Source of the DNA: an uncultured virus (IMG/VR IMGVR_UViG_3300042260_000394)
Lineage: Duplodnaviria > Heunggongvirae > Uroviricota > Caudoviricetes
Length of the DNA stretch: 64,000 nucleotides
Virus record (IMG/VR): IMGVR_UViG_3300042260_000394
Reading direction: 5' to 3' (one strand)
Shown: positions 55,111 to 64,000 of the stretch, in pieces
Layout of the letters: every line of letters starts with the position of its first letter
How positions within the stretch are numbered: position 1 is the first letter of the stretch
Program-made: the position numbers and the translations under genes
Notes under the pieces: generated by a model
Told to the model about the DNA's origin: nothing
Databases searched by the model: none
Seen by the model: only the letters and a program-made list of their open reading frames with translations

Positions 55111-58100
55111 TTAGTATGTACCACCATCGATATCACTGTTCTGGTTCAAGATACCACCAGCAGTCAATGTAACTGTTGGAGTTAAACGAACCATAATGAA
55201 GTCGTTAGCTTCCGGAGCAGTATCAAACACGATACTTGTTACACCGTCGACTGTGTCTAATGTGTAAGAGTATGTTGGGGCTTGTACCAAACCGTTAATA
55301 AACACTTGTGTGTTTTGGATAGAACTAATTTCAGCTTCGGTACTGAAACTTACTGTTGTACCGTCACCTGTGTAGTTCTTTGTTACTACTGTTGTTGTAA
55401 CGTTCTGTGGAACAAACTTCTGTAGAGTAGAACTCCAAACTAGTGTGTAACCATCAGACATTGCGGCAGAGTCAACGTCTGCAAGATCAAATACGCTTGC
55501 GTTAGCAATACGTGCATCAACCTTAGTTGCTGTGTAGTACTCGTTTACTGAACCTTCAGCAATTGCATCTGTTGTCGGAGTAACAAATGTAAACACACCG
55601 GTACCAGCGTTGTAGCTTAAGATATCAATGTTGTCGCTTGCTAACGATACTGCACCACGTGCTTGAGCATTAGTGAAGTACTTGTTGGTTGCAGTAGAAT
55701 CAGAAATATTGTCAGTTGTTAAAGTAACAACGCCATCTAAGCCGTTAACACTTTGAACAGCAGCCAATGTGCTGATAACACCAGTTGAACTGTTGTACTG
55801 GATGTTTGCACCACCACTGATAGAAGCCTTAGCACGGCCTTCAGTGAAGAACAAGTTGATAGCACCGCTTAGTTCAGCAATGTTATCTGTGTTCAAGTTG
55901 TCGATACGACCACCTAATGCAACTTCGGCGGCAGTAGCACGAGTTACTTCAGTGTCAACGTTGGCTTGAACAGCAATGTCACCTGCAACACGAGCGGCTG
56001 CTTCGATAACGTCAGCGGCAGCATTAGCTTCTTCGGCGGCAGTTGCACGAGCTGTTTCTGCGGCAATAGCGGCAGCGTTGGCAGCATCGCCAGCGGCACG
56101 TGTTGTTGCTTCGGCAGTTACGCTGGCAGCAATAACGCCTTCGGCGGCAGTTGCGCGAGCAACTTCAGCAGTTACGCTAGCAGTGATTGTTGTATCAGCA
56201 GATTCGCGAGCACTAATTTCATTGCTGATATTAGTTGCATTTGCGGCCTCGGCAGCAGTAGCACGAGCAACTTCAGCGGCTAACGCTGTTGCGGCTGCAT
56301 TATCGGCAGCTAGACGTGTAGCGGCTTCGTTAGCCAATGCAGTTGCACTTGCACTTGCCAAGTCGCTAATAGCTTGAGTCAAGCTAGAGTCAGCGGCATT
56401 GTAAGCATCAATGATTTCTGTTAAAGAGTCCAAAGCGGCTGGATCAATGTTGCTTAGAACATTGTCAATGCGTGTGTTTAATGCTGTATCAGCAGATTCA
56501 CGAGCACTTGTTTCTGCACTTAAGGCAGCAATACGTGCTGTTTCTTCAGCAATGATAGCGGCAGCGTTTGCTTGCTCGGCAGCAGTAGCGCGAGTTACTT
56601 CGGCGGCCAATGCAGTTGCGGCAGCAACGTCGGCGGCAGAGCGTGTAGCGGCTTCAGCAGTAATAGCGGCAGCATTTGCTGTTTCGGCAGCAGTAGCGCG
56701 AGTTACTTCGGCAGCTAAGTCAGCTGTCAATGTAGCTTCGGCAGCAGTAGCACGAGTTACTTCAGCTGTAATAGCTGTAGCGTTTGCTGTTTCGGCAGCA
56801 GTAGCACGAGTTACTTCAGCAGCCAAGTCAGCTGTCAATGTAGCTTCTGCGGCGCGAGCTGTTGTAGCTTCAGCTGTGATAGCTGTGGCGTTGGCAGAGT
56901 CACCAGCAATACGTGCTGTTTCTTCGGCAGTAATAGCGGCGTCTAAGGCAGCTTCGGCAGCAGTAGCACGAGTTACTTCGGCAGTAATAGCATTTGCATT
57001 TGTTGCATCACCAGCAATACGTGCTGTTTCTTCAGCATCAATATTTGCTTGCAATGTAGCTTCTGCGGCAGTGTGGTGTGCATGCTCTTCAGCAATGTCA
57101 GCAGCCAATGCGGCTTCGGCAGCAGTTGCACGAGTTACTTCGGCAGTAATGTCAGCATCTAAGGCAGCTTCGGCAGCAGTAGCACGAGTTACTTCGGCAG
57201 CTAAGTTAGCGGCAGCAGTATTTGCCAATGTAGTAATAGCACCATTGATGTCGTTGTCAGCACCTTGGAATGCGGCAACAATTTCTGTCAAGCTATCTAA
57301 TGCGGCTGCATCAGTGTTGCTTAAAATGTCATCAATACGAGCGTTTATTAAAACGTCGGCAGCAATATAAGCATCAGCGTTAGCATCAATGTTTGCTTGC
57401 AATACAGCTTCGGCAGCTTCGGCACGAGCAACTTCGGCAGCTAAGTCGTTTGTCAATGTTGTGTCAGCGGCAGCACGGGCTACAGCTTCAGCACCAACGG
57501 CAGCGGTACGAGCACTTGCTTCGGCAGCATCGCCTGCAATGCGGTCAGCAATTTCGGCAGCAATGGCAGTTGCGTTTGTTGTTTCAGCCGCAGTAGCACG
57601 AGCTGTTTCAGCAGTGATAGCAGTTGCGTTTGCTGTTTCGGCAGCAGTTGCACGAACAACTTCAGCGGCCAAGTCAGCAGTTAATACGCTTTCGGCAGCC
57701 GTAGCACGAGTTACTTCGTTAGAAATAGCAGTTGCATTTGCTTGTTCAGCGGCAGTTGCGCGAGCAACTTCGTTGGATACAGAAGTTGTTAATACAGCTT
57801 CAGCGGCAATTGCGCGAGTTTCTTCAGCAGAGATAGCGGCAGCATTAGCGATATCACCGGCTTCGCGTAAACCGGCTTCAGTTGTTACGCTGGCGGCAAT
57901 AACGCCGTCGGCTGCAATACGTGCTGTTTCTTCGGCAGCAATATCAGTAGCCAATACACCTTCGGCAGCAGTAGCACGAGTTACTTCTGCAGATACGGCT
58001 GTTGTTAATGTAGCTTCTGCGGCAGTTGCACGAGTGGCTTCAGCTGTAATAGCGGCTGCATTTGTTGCGTCACCGGCAATACGTGCAGATTCTTCAGTTG

Positions 58101-59826
58101 CAACGGCTGTTGCAAATGCATCGTCGGCAGCTTCGCGAGCGGCTGTTTCGGCAGCAAGTGCGGCTGCGGCAGTACTTGCTAAATTGTTGATGGCAGTTTG
58201 TAAATTGCTGTCGGCAGCATCGTAAGCGGCAATGATTTCTGTTAAGGAATCAAGTGCGGCTGGATCAATGTTGCTTAATACGTTGTCGATACGAATACCT
58301 AATGCAACGTCACCTGCAATACGTGCTGTTTCTTCAGCAGTAACGGCTGCGGCGCGAGCGGCTTCTTCGGCAGCAATAGCGGCTGTCAATGTAGCTTCTG
58401 CGGCGCGAGCTGTTGAAGCTTCGGCTGCTAAGTCAGCTGTCAATGTAGCTTCTGCGGCACGAGCTGTTGTAGCTTCAGCTGTAATAGCGGCTGCATTTGT
58501 TGCATCACCGGCTGTACGAGCTGTTGTTTCGGCAGCAATAGCATTTGCATTTACAGTATCACCAGCAATACGTGCTGTTGTTTCGGCGGACAAGTCAGCG
58601 GCAATCGCAGATTCGGCAGCTTCAGCACGAGCAACTTCGGCAGCTAAATCGGTTGTCAATACGCCTTCTGCGGCTGTTGCACGAGTTACTTCAGCAGCCA
58701 AGTCAGCAGTCAATACGCCTTCGGCAGCAGTTGCACGAGTTACTTCAGCGGCTAAGTTAGTTGTTAAAGTAGATTCGGCAGCAGTAGCACGAACAACTTC
58801 GGCGGCCAAGTCGGCAGTCAATACGCCTTCGGCAGCAGTGGCACGAGTGGCTTCAGCTGTAATAGCTGTAGTCAATACAGTTTCAGCATTACCTGCACGA
58901 ATTACTTCTGCATCAACTGCGGCTTGAACGGCAGCAACTGCGGCAGCGTTGGCAGTAACAGCACGACCAGCTGTGAAGTATAGGTTTTCACCTTCGGCAA
59001 TGTGAGATGTTGTTAGAACAACTACACCAGTTTGACCGTTAACGCTTTCAACTGCGGCAACAGAACTGATAATACCAGTTGCTGAATCGTAGCTGATGTT
59101 GTTACCACCGCTAATAGCGGCACGGGCACGACTTGTTAAAAAGTACTGGTTAGTGCTACCTTCGACAATCTTATCAGTTGTTGGAGTAACAAATGTAAAC
59201 TCACCAGTTTGTGTACCATAGCTTAAAATTTGGTTGTCATCGCTGTTTAAACTGATGGCAGCACGAGCTAAAGCATCTGTAAAGTACTTGTTTGTTTGAC
59301 CTTCTAAGATACCATCACTTGTTGGGTGGTTGTATGTGAATTGACCGTTTAAGTAGCTTAATACTGTGGTATTGTTGCTTGACAAACCGATATCGCGCCA
59401 TACGTTTGCAGTATGGTAATATTCATTTAACGAACCTTCTGGTACATCATCAGTGCTTGAAATTGTAATAGCGTTGATTTCTTGATCAACGTATTGCTTT
59501 GTTGCGGCGTGTAAGTTGCTTGATGGATCAGCAGACAATGTCAAGAAACCTGTCATTGTATCGCCGTCTTTGGCAACTTTACCTGCTAGTGCAGTTGTTA
59601 GTGTGGCAGCAAAGTTGGCATCATCGCCAATGGCTGCTGACAACTCAGCCAACGTATCTAATACGGCTGGTGCAGAGTTGATTAAGTCGCTAACTGCTGA
59701 GCTTACGAAGCCAGTAGACGCGATTTGTGTTGTTGCAGTACCTTTGGCGGCTGTAACCGCTGTAGGTGTACCACGAAGATCAACCGAGTTAATAATCGAA
59801 CTCGATCTTGCTTTGATAATAGGCAT
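55111..59826 (-). CDS. Very long Ala-rich coiled-coil fibre protein (1571 aa)
   Basis: About 18-aa repeats AEVTRATAAE..L.A.(I/L)., three D(P/A)AALDSLTEI nodes, EG..N.YFT repeats, C-terminal IDGGTY. Confidence 0.85.
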   Translation of the reverse strand: MPIIKARSSSIINSVDLRGTPTAVTAAKGTATTQIASTGFVSSAVSDLINSAPAVLDTLAELSAAIGDDANFAATLTTALAGKVAKDGDTMTGFLTLSADPSSNLHAATKQYVDQEINAITISSTDDVPEGSLNEYYHTANVWRDIGLSSNNTTVLSYLNGQFTYNHPTSDGILEGQTNKYFTDALARAAISLNSDDNQILSYGTQTGEFTFVTPTTDKIVEGSTNQYFLTSRARAAISGGNNISYDSATGIISSVAAVESVNGQTGVVVLTTSHIAEGENLYFTAGRAVTANAAAVAAVQAAVDAEVIRAGNAETVLTTAITAEATRATAAEGVLTADLAAEVVRATAAESTLTTNLAAEVTRATAAEGVLTADLAAEVTRATAAEGVLTTDLAAEVARAEAAESAIAADLSAETTARIAGDTVNANAIAAETTARTAGDATNAAAITAEATTARAAEATLTADLAAEASTARAAEATLTAAIAAEEAARAAAVTAEETARIAGDVALGIRIDNVLSNIDPAALDSLTEIIAAYDAADSNLQTAINNLASTAAAALAAETAAREAADDAFATAVATEESARIAGDATNAAAITAEATRATAAEATLTTAVSAEVTRATAAEGVLATDIAAEETARIAADGVIAASVTTEAGLREAGDIANAAAISAEETRAIAAEAVLTTSVSNEVARATAAEQANATAISNEVTRATAAESVLTADLAAEVVRATAAETANATAITAETARATAAETTNATAIAAEIADRIAGDAAEASARTAAVGAEAVARAAADTTLTNDLAAEVARAEAAEAVLQANIDANADAYIAADVLINARIDDILSNTDAAALDSLTEIVAAFQGADNDINGAITTLANTAAANLAAEVTRATAAEAALDADITAEVTRATAAEAALAADIAEEHAHHTAAEATLQANIDAEETARIAGDATNANAITAEVTRATAAEAALDAAITAEETARIAGDSANATAITAEATTARAAEATLTADLAAEVTRATAAETANATAITAEVTRATAAEATLTADLAAEVTRATAAETANAAAITAEAATRSAADVAAATALAAEVTRATAAEQANAAAIIAEETARIAALSAETSARESADTALNTRIDNVLSNIDPAALDSLTEIIDAYNAADSSLTQAISDLASASATALANEAATRLAADNAAATALAAEVARATAAEAANATNISNEISARESADTTITASVTAEVARATAAEGVIAASVTAEATTRAAGDAANAAAIAAETARATAAEEANAAADVIEAAARVAGDIAVQANVDTEVTRATAAEVALGGRIDNLNTDNIAELSGAINLFFTEGRAKASISGGANIQYNSSTGVISTLAAVQSVNGLDGVVTLTTDNISDSTATNKYFTNAQARGAVSLASDNIDILSYNAGTGVFTFVTPTTDAIAEGSVNEYYTATKVDARIANASVFDLADVDSAAMSDGYTLVWSSTLQKFVPQNVTTTVVTKNYTGDGTTVSFSTEAEISSIQNTQVFINGLVQAPTYSYTLDTVDGVTSIVFDTAPEANDFIMVRLTPTVTLTAGGILNQNSDIDGGTY

Positions 59827-59912
59827 TTATTTTTCCTCAATGAAAACTTCTAGTGAAGTTTTTGTTTGTTGACTTTTTAAGTATGGTGTCAAACCAACGT
59901 GAGAAGATGATT

Positions 59913-61145
59913 TTAAATTACTAGCAACCAGTAGTTTTTCGTTATGTCAACGCTACCGTTACCAGCTGTTACTTTGATTTCATATCGACTAGGGCTACTG
60001 TTTTGAGGAGCAGTTCCTACGATATTATTTCCGCTTACTGTTAACCAGCTAATTGCAGACTCACCTGCATTTGCAGGTTGAATTGTTATACTTGTAGCGT
60101 TATTTACACCTAAAGTAAAATTTATGGTGTCTCCACCAGAAAAACTTCCAATATATGAATTGGAATTGGTCCAATAAGGCTTAGACTGGCCGAAGTTGAT
60201 TAAGTTTGTAAAGACAAACTCGTTACCACTAGTATCTACCAGTGTTAGGTCTTGCGGATACGACCACAATGGTCCTACCACGCGAGCCGTTTCTATCATC
60301 AATTGCATTGTGTTTGCAGTTGGATAGTCGATTCTTGTTATTGCTTGGCCACCAACACGAGCACCTGTACCAAATGTGATATCAGTAGCTTCAATTGTAA
60401 TTGTAGTGTAATGAGCAATGCTACTGTAACTTACTGCCGTTATTGTTGGACGAGGACGATCGTTTGTTACAGTGCTTCTTAAAATTCTTACTTCGATTAA
60501 GTCACCAGATTCTGGAACTTCATCAAATGCCAATGTATCACCATTGATAACTGTATAGCTATAGTTTGGTTGTTGAACAATACCGTTAATTGATACAACC
60601 AAGTTAGCTGGGTTTGCTACACTCTCTAACAATGTAAATGTTGAAGTAGCACCGTCGCCAAAATAGTTTTTTGTTACTAGGCTAAGCTGGTGAGTTTTAT
60701 TTTTAAACTGACCAGATACTACATCAAATGATAGAACTTGTCCCGCTGTAGGTGAGCTGATTGTTGTATCTGTTAGACTGTCTAAAGATAGATTACCGAT
60801 TATGTCAGCAAAATTTGCATTAGCATTTTGTTGATTTAGTACAATCTCTGTTAGAGAATCAATTGCGGCTGGATCAACGTTGCTTTTGATGTAATCAATT
60901 TGTTGTTGCAAGTCTTGGTCTTGTGCATCAACATAACTTAATGCTGCCAACGTTTCCCAATCGTTACCAGAATAGTATTCGGGCTTGTCAGATGTTTGGT
61001 CAAAGCGTACATGACCAGCCAGTGGTGAAACTGGACGGTCAGTGTCTTCGCCTGCTGGCAATGCCAATGCACCAGTGGCATCAATGGTCAGCACATTAGA
61101 TGCTGGCTTAATTGATTCGTTTGTGTGATTGGTCTTAATTGCCAT
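59913..61145 (-). CDS. Virion structural protein
   Basis: G.VRF.....PEYYSG, DPAAIDSLTEI, GDG....F.L...V.INGIVQQP..SY repeat shared with the adjacent fibre. Confidence 0.75.
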   Translation of the reverse strand: MAIKTNHTNESIKPASNVLTIDATGALALPAGEDTDRPVSPLAGHVRFDQTSDKPEYYSGNDWETLAALSYVDAQDQDLQQQIDYIKSNVDPAAIDSLTEIVLNQQNANANFADIIGNLSLDSLTDTTISSPTAGQVLSFDVVSGQFKNKTHQLSLVTKNYFGDGATSTFTLLESVANPANLVVSINGIVQQPNYSYTVINGDTLAFDEVPESGDLIEVRILRSTVTNDRPRPTITAVSYSSIAHYTTITIEATDITFGTGARVGGQAITRIDYPTANTMQLMIETARVVGPLWSYPQDLTLVDTSGNEFVFTNLINFGQSKPYWTNSNSYIGSFSGGDTINFTLGVNNATSITIQPANAGESAISWLTVSGNNIVGTAPQNSSPSRYEIKVTAGNGSVDITKNYWLLVI

Positions 61146-61150
61146 TTAGA

Positions 61151-61603
61151 TTACGCCTTGCTTTCGATCTTTTCTTTTGTGCGGCCATATGCGGCAACGC
61201 CTAGAACAGCACCCATTGCAACGTGGTACAAACCTGCACCTTGCAATGTCAATGGTTGCCATTGTAATTCTACTCGACCGTTGTTGCCTAGTGCTTGTAC
61301 TACACTCCACAGGATAGGGGCAATAACAAAGTCGAACATACACGTTACCATATAAGTCCAGCCCATCATTGGGCGCCACTTTTTGTTTACCCAGTCAGTG
61401 TTGGTATTTTCAATTGAGCTTTCTGCTCCTCCAGCAGTAGTTACAGCGGCTGCATCAGCTGTGGCTTTTACGCTGGCTGCATAGTCAACCGAAGTTGTGT
61501 TTGCAAAGCCACCGTTTTGAATTTTGTTGTTGATGTTTACTTGAGCGCCACTTGTAAGTGGTGTAAATGCATCGGAATCATCGTAGTCGTCTAGTTTTGG
61601 CAT
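61151..61603 (-). CDS. Holin-like membrane protein (3TM holin family)
   Basis: KKWRPMMGWTY, hydrophobic helices, LGVAAYGRTKEK. Confidence 0.75.
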   Translation of the reverse strand: MPKLDDYDDSDAFTPLTSGAQVNINNKIQNGGFANTTSVDYAASVKATADAAAVTTAGGAESSIENTNTDWVNKKWRPMMGWTYMVTCMFDFVIAPILWSVVQALGNNGRVELQWQPLTLQGAGLYHVAMGAVLGVAAYGRTKEKIESKA

Positions 61604-61640
61604 AGTTATTATGTCTCCTAATGTATTATTTACCTTAGGA

Positions 61641-61871
61641 TCACTTTTTTGGCTGTAAGAACTCTTGAACCTTGGTTGCTACAGCAGACATGAAATCTGT
61701 GCCTGGTGCGGCTTTACCCCATTTGCCAGCTGGACATTCCTCTGCGGCTATTGTTACTTTTAAATTTACCAAACATCCGCACATTGAACATTGTTTAGTT
61801 GAGCGCCTATAGAACTCACACTTTTGGCAATGGCCAGCACGTTCAAGTCTTACTTCTATATTTGTAAACAT
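61641..61871 (-). CDS. Small Cys-rich protein
   Basis: CQKC...CSMCGC...K......CPAGKW. Confidence 0.7.
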   Translation of the reverse strand: MFTNIEVRLERAGHCQKCEFYRRSTKQCSMCGCLVNLKVTIAAEECPAGKWGKAAPGTDFMSAVATKVQEFLQPKK

Positions 61872-61889
61872 ACGCTACTTATGCCGTAG

Positions 61890-61913
61890 AAAAGGGCTCC
61901 GAAGAGCCCTTTT
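61890..61913 (-). terminator. Terminator after the major capsid gene
   Basis: AAAAGGGCTC-TTCG-GAGCCCTTTT. Confidence 0.85.
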
Positions 61914-61937
61914 ATTGTTTCTACTAACCGTTTAAGA

Positions 61938-63134
61938 TTAGATGAAGCTTAGGTTGTCGCTAGCGATAGCGATTGTGTTAACGTAGTCGGCAGCGTTACC
62001 TAAAGAAGATGCGCTGTTTGACAACTCAACATAACCATAACGTGTCATGAAAGACACTGTTGGTTCGAATGTTGCTGGATCTAGAACAACACCAGAGCTC
62101 ATCAATGGAATGTATGGGCAATAGAATGCTGGAGCGTCCATTTCGTTAGCGCCTTTGTAACCGATAAGGATCGGAGCATCGTCGCCAGCGTAGTGGTTAA
62201 CATATACGCGAACAGAGCTGTTCAATGTACCAACGAACTTAGTGTTTGTTGGAGCTTCGAATGTACCTTCTGTTGTACGAGCAAATGCGCTTGTAGTAGC
62301 AGATTGTAAGATTGTCAATGCTGTTGGAGAAACTACGATGTAGTTACCAGCACCACGACGTGTACGGCTAGCGATGTCGTTAGCGGCACGGTTTACCAAT
62401 ACTGCTAAGGCAGCGTGTTGGTCACCAACGAAGTTGGCTTGACCGCTAACAGCGGCTTGGTCGTATGTACCATAAGCAGTACCGGCCAAGTTGATCAACG
62501 AACCGATAACTTCTTGGTCAATTTCAGCTGTGATTTCTTGTGCCAATGCAGCCATGATTTCCGCTTCAACGTCAACACCGTGGATGGCTTGTGCGTCTTG
62601 AGCGGCTTCAAATGTCCAACGAGCAGACAACTTACGGCTCTTAGCTTCAACAGTCTCTTTCAAGATCTGGATGTTCATCTTCTTGCCGCCTTGACCTTCT
62701 AGGCTAGCAGTAGAAGCACCTTTACCACCAGCACCAGAGTACTGAGTAGCAATGCTGAATGGGCTTAGAGCTTCATCACCAGCAGTTACGGCTTTACCGA
62801 TGTTACCAGACGCGTTGTCGGCAGCGTCAGCGCCTTCGGCGTAACGTACACGCAATGTGTGGATCTGGCTAACTGGACCTTGCATTGGCTGAACACCAAC
62901 TAATTCGTTAGCGATAGTTGTTGGCATAACGCGACGAATAACAGGTAAAATAACCTTGTTTAAAACTGCAATGTTACCAGAAGCTGTGCCGCCAGCTGTT
63001 GCTGTTTCTGTCAAATACTTCTTTGTATTTTCCAAGCAGACTTCCATTGTAGTCTTGCGTTGACCTTGTAGGCCTTCTGTTAAGGCTTGCTTAGTAGCAG
63101 ACCAGTTTTTGCTTTCAAATAGAGCTTGTGACAT
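61938..63134 (-). CDS. Major capsid protein (gp23-like)
   Basis: IRRVMP..IA.ELVGVQPM.GP, AKSRKLSARWT.E..QD, EI.AEIDQE, FYCPYIPL, F.P....MTRYG. Confidence 0.96.
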   Translation of the reverse strand: MSQALFESKNWSATKQALTEGLQGQRKTTMEVCLENTKKYLTETATAGGTASGNIAVLNKVILPVIRRVMPTTIANELVGVQPMQGPVSQIHTLRVRYAEGADAADNASGNIGKAVTAGDEALSPFSIATQYSGAGGKGASTASLEGQGGKKMNIQILKETVEAKSRKLSARWTFEAAQDAQAIHGVDVEAEIMAALAQEITAEIDQEVIGSLINLAGTAYGTYDQAAVSGQANFVGDQHAALAVLVNRAANDIASRTRRGAGNYIVVSPTALTILQSATTSAFARTTEGTFEAPTNTKFVGTLNSSVRVYVNHYAGDDAPILIGYKGANEMDAPAFYCPYIPLMSSGVVLDPATFEPTVSFMTRYGYVELSNSASSLGNAADYVNTIAIASDNLSFI

Positions 63135-63148
63135 ATAATGTCTCCTAA

Positions 63149-64000
63149 TTAAATCTTAATACCAGCGAGTTTACGAAGTTGTTGAATTGTTTCATCAGCT
63201 TCGGCTGGGGCGGCTTCGACAACTTGTGCTGTCTTATCGCCTGTAACCACAGTCTTCTGTGATTGCTGTCCTTCAACAAGTTGTTTCTTCTCACGACGAA
63301 CTTCCTCGTTTAAAACAGATGGCAGGTACTTCTGGAATTGGTCTTTTAGTTTAGCAGTATCTGTGCTTTCTAGTAACTCTTCCATGATTGCTCGTTTGTC
63401 TTTCGACAATGGTGAGCATAGGTCCTGCATGACGCGAACTCGCTGTGCTTGATCTTCCGCAATGCGCTGACGACGAAGCGACTCGCTAATTTGTTGTTCT
63501 TTTTGTGTTAGTGTTGATTGAGCTTCTGATAGTTGTGTGTTCATATCTGCTAGCTTACGATTCAATTCGCTAACGGCTGTACCGTCTGCAAACTTACTTG
63601 CCATAAACTCCGCGGCGAAGGCTTCCATAATCTTACGACCAAAGTTATTTTCTTTGGCTGTACGGATGTCTTCTTTTAATTGTGTTACTTCTTTCTTGAA
63701 AGATTCAGCAACCATTGTATTGATTTTCTCGCTTGCTTTCTTAATGAAATTAGAACGAGCTTCTGCAATAGCTTTACGACCTTCTGCAACTAACTTAACG
63801 CGAGCGTCAACTAGTTGTTTGTGATCTTCGTGCAATTCGCTTAGTTCAGAAGTTAGTTTACGTAAAGCAAACTCTTCTAATTGACCAACTGCATCTTTTT
63901 GTGATTGGCGGTCAGACTTTAGTTCTGCTACTTCTTTTGCCAATGTTTCCATTACAAATTTCTGTAGTAACTGTGCATCTTCGCTGATCTTGGCAGCATA
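63149..64000 (-). CDS. Prohead scaffolding/core protein (gp22-like), 5' end outside the window
   Basis: Coiled coil, FGRKIMEAF, C-terminal LRKLAGI, directly upstream of the capsid gene; frame open to the window edge. Confidence 0.85.
   Translation of the reverse strand, partial: YAAKISEDAQLLQKFVMETLAKEVAELKSDRQSQKDAVGQLEEFALRKLTSELSELHEDHKQLVDARVKLVAEGRKAIAEARSNFIKKASEKINTMVAESFKKEVTQLKEDIRTAKENNFGRKIMEAFAAEFMASKFADGTAVSELNRKLADMNTQLSEAQSTLTQKEQQISESLRRQRIAEDQAQRVRVMQDLCSPLSKDKRAIMEELLESTDTAKLKDQFQKYLPSVLNEEVRREKKQLVEGQQSQKTVVTGDKTAQVVEAAPAEADETIQQLRKLAGIKI

Noticed and set aside
55769..59872. Long plus-strand ORFs (e.g. 56411-57370, 57389-58225, 58232-58927)
   Set aside because: Antisense shadows of the Ala-rich repeat gene, with no SD or promoter support.
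50721..61145. Diversity-generating retroelement or invertible fibre cassette
   Set aside because: No reverse transcriptase or invertase in the window, and no repeat pair differing specifically at adenines was seen.
1..64000. Genome-wide TAG recoding (genetic code 15)
   Set aside because: Conserved genes (capsid, terminase, sheath, nrdAB) are full length under code 11 with no in-frame TAG. Read-through at the two TAG stops adds only short tails and no fusions.

Overview
The whole window is a core segment of a large T4-related myovirus (jumbo phage). Gene content and order resemble the RaK2/GAP32/121Q-type jumbo phages; a proteobacterial host is inferred, not shown. Almost everything is on the minus strand. 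It encodes head genes (scaffold, major capsid, terminase, gp4), neck and tail genes (gp13, gp14, gp15, sheath, tube), long Ala-rich and collagen-containing fibres, and a holin. Replication and recombination genes include gp32, UvsX, UvsY, UvsW, primase, helicase, a miniature DnaE and an exonuclease; nrdAB, a PAAR protein and an M15 peptidase are also present. The most unusual part is the first 1.6 kb. It holds a circularly permuted (two-piece) tmRNA with tag ANDNAFLMAA, whose tag-coding 3' half is duplicated around an antisense GIY-YIG homing endonuclease: a 10-bp direct repeat flanks the insert, and a frameshifted relic tag is left behind. An amber (CUA) suppressor-type tRNA follows, in a genome that has nearly abandoned TAG stops. 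Other notable signals are T4-style hairpins that enclose late promoters and hide ribosome-binding sites, a cluster of probable capsid-packaged proteins including a ligase-like enzyme, and several structured intergenic RNAs. All product calls come from motif recognition by eye, with no database search.
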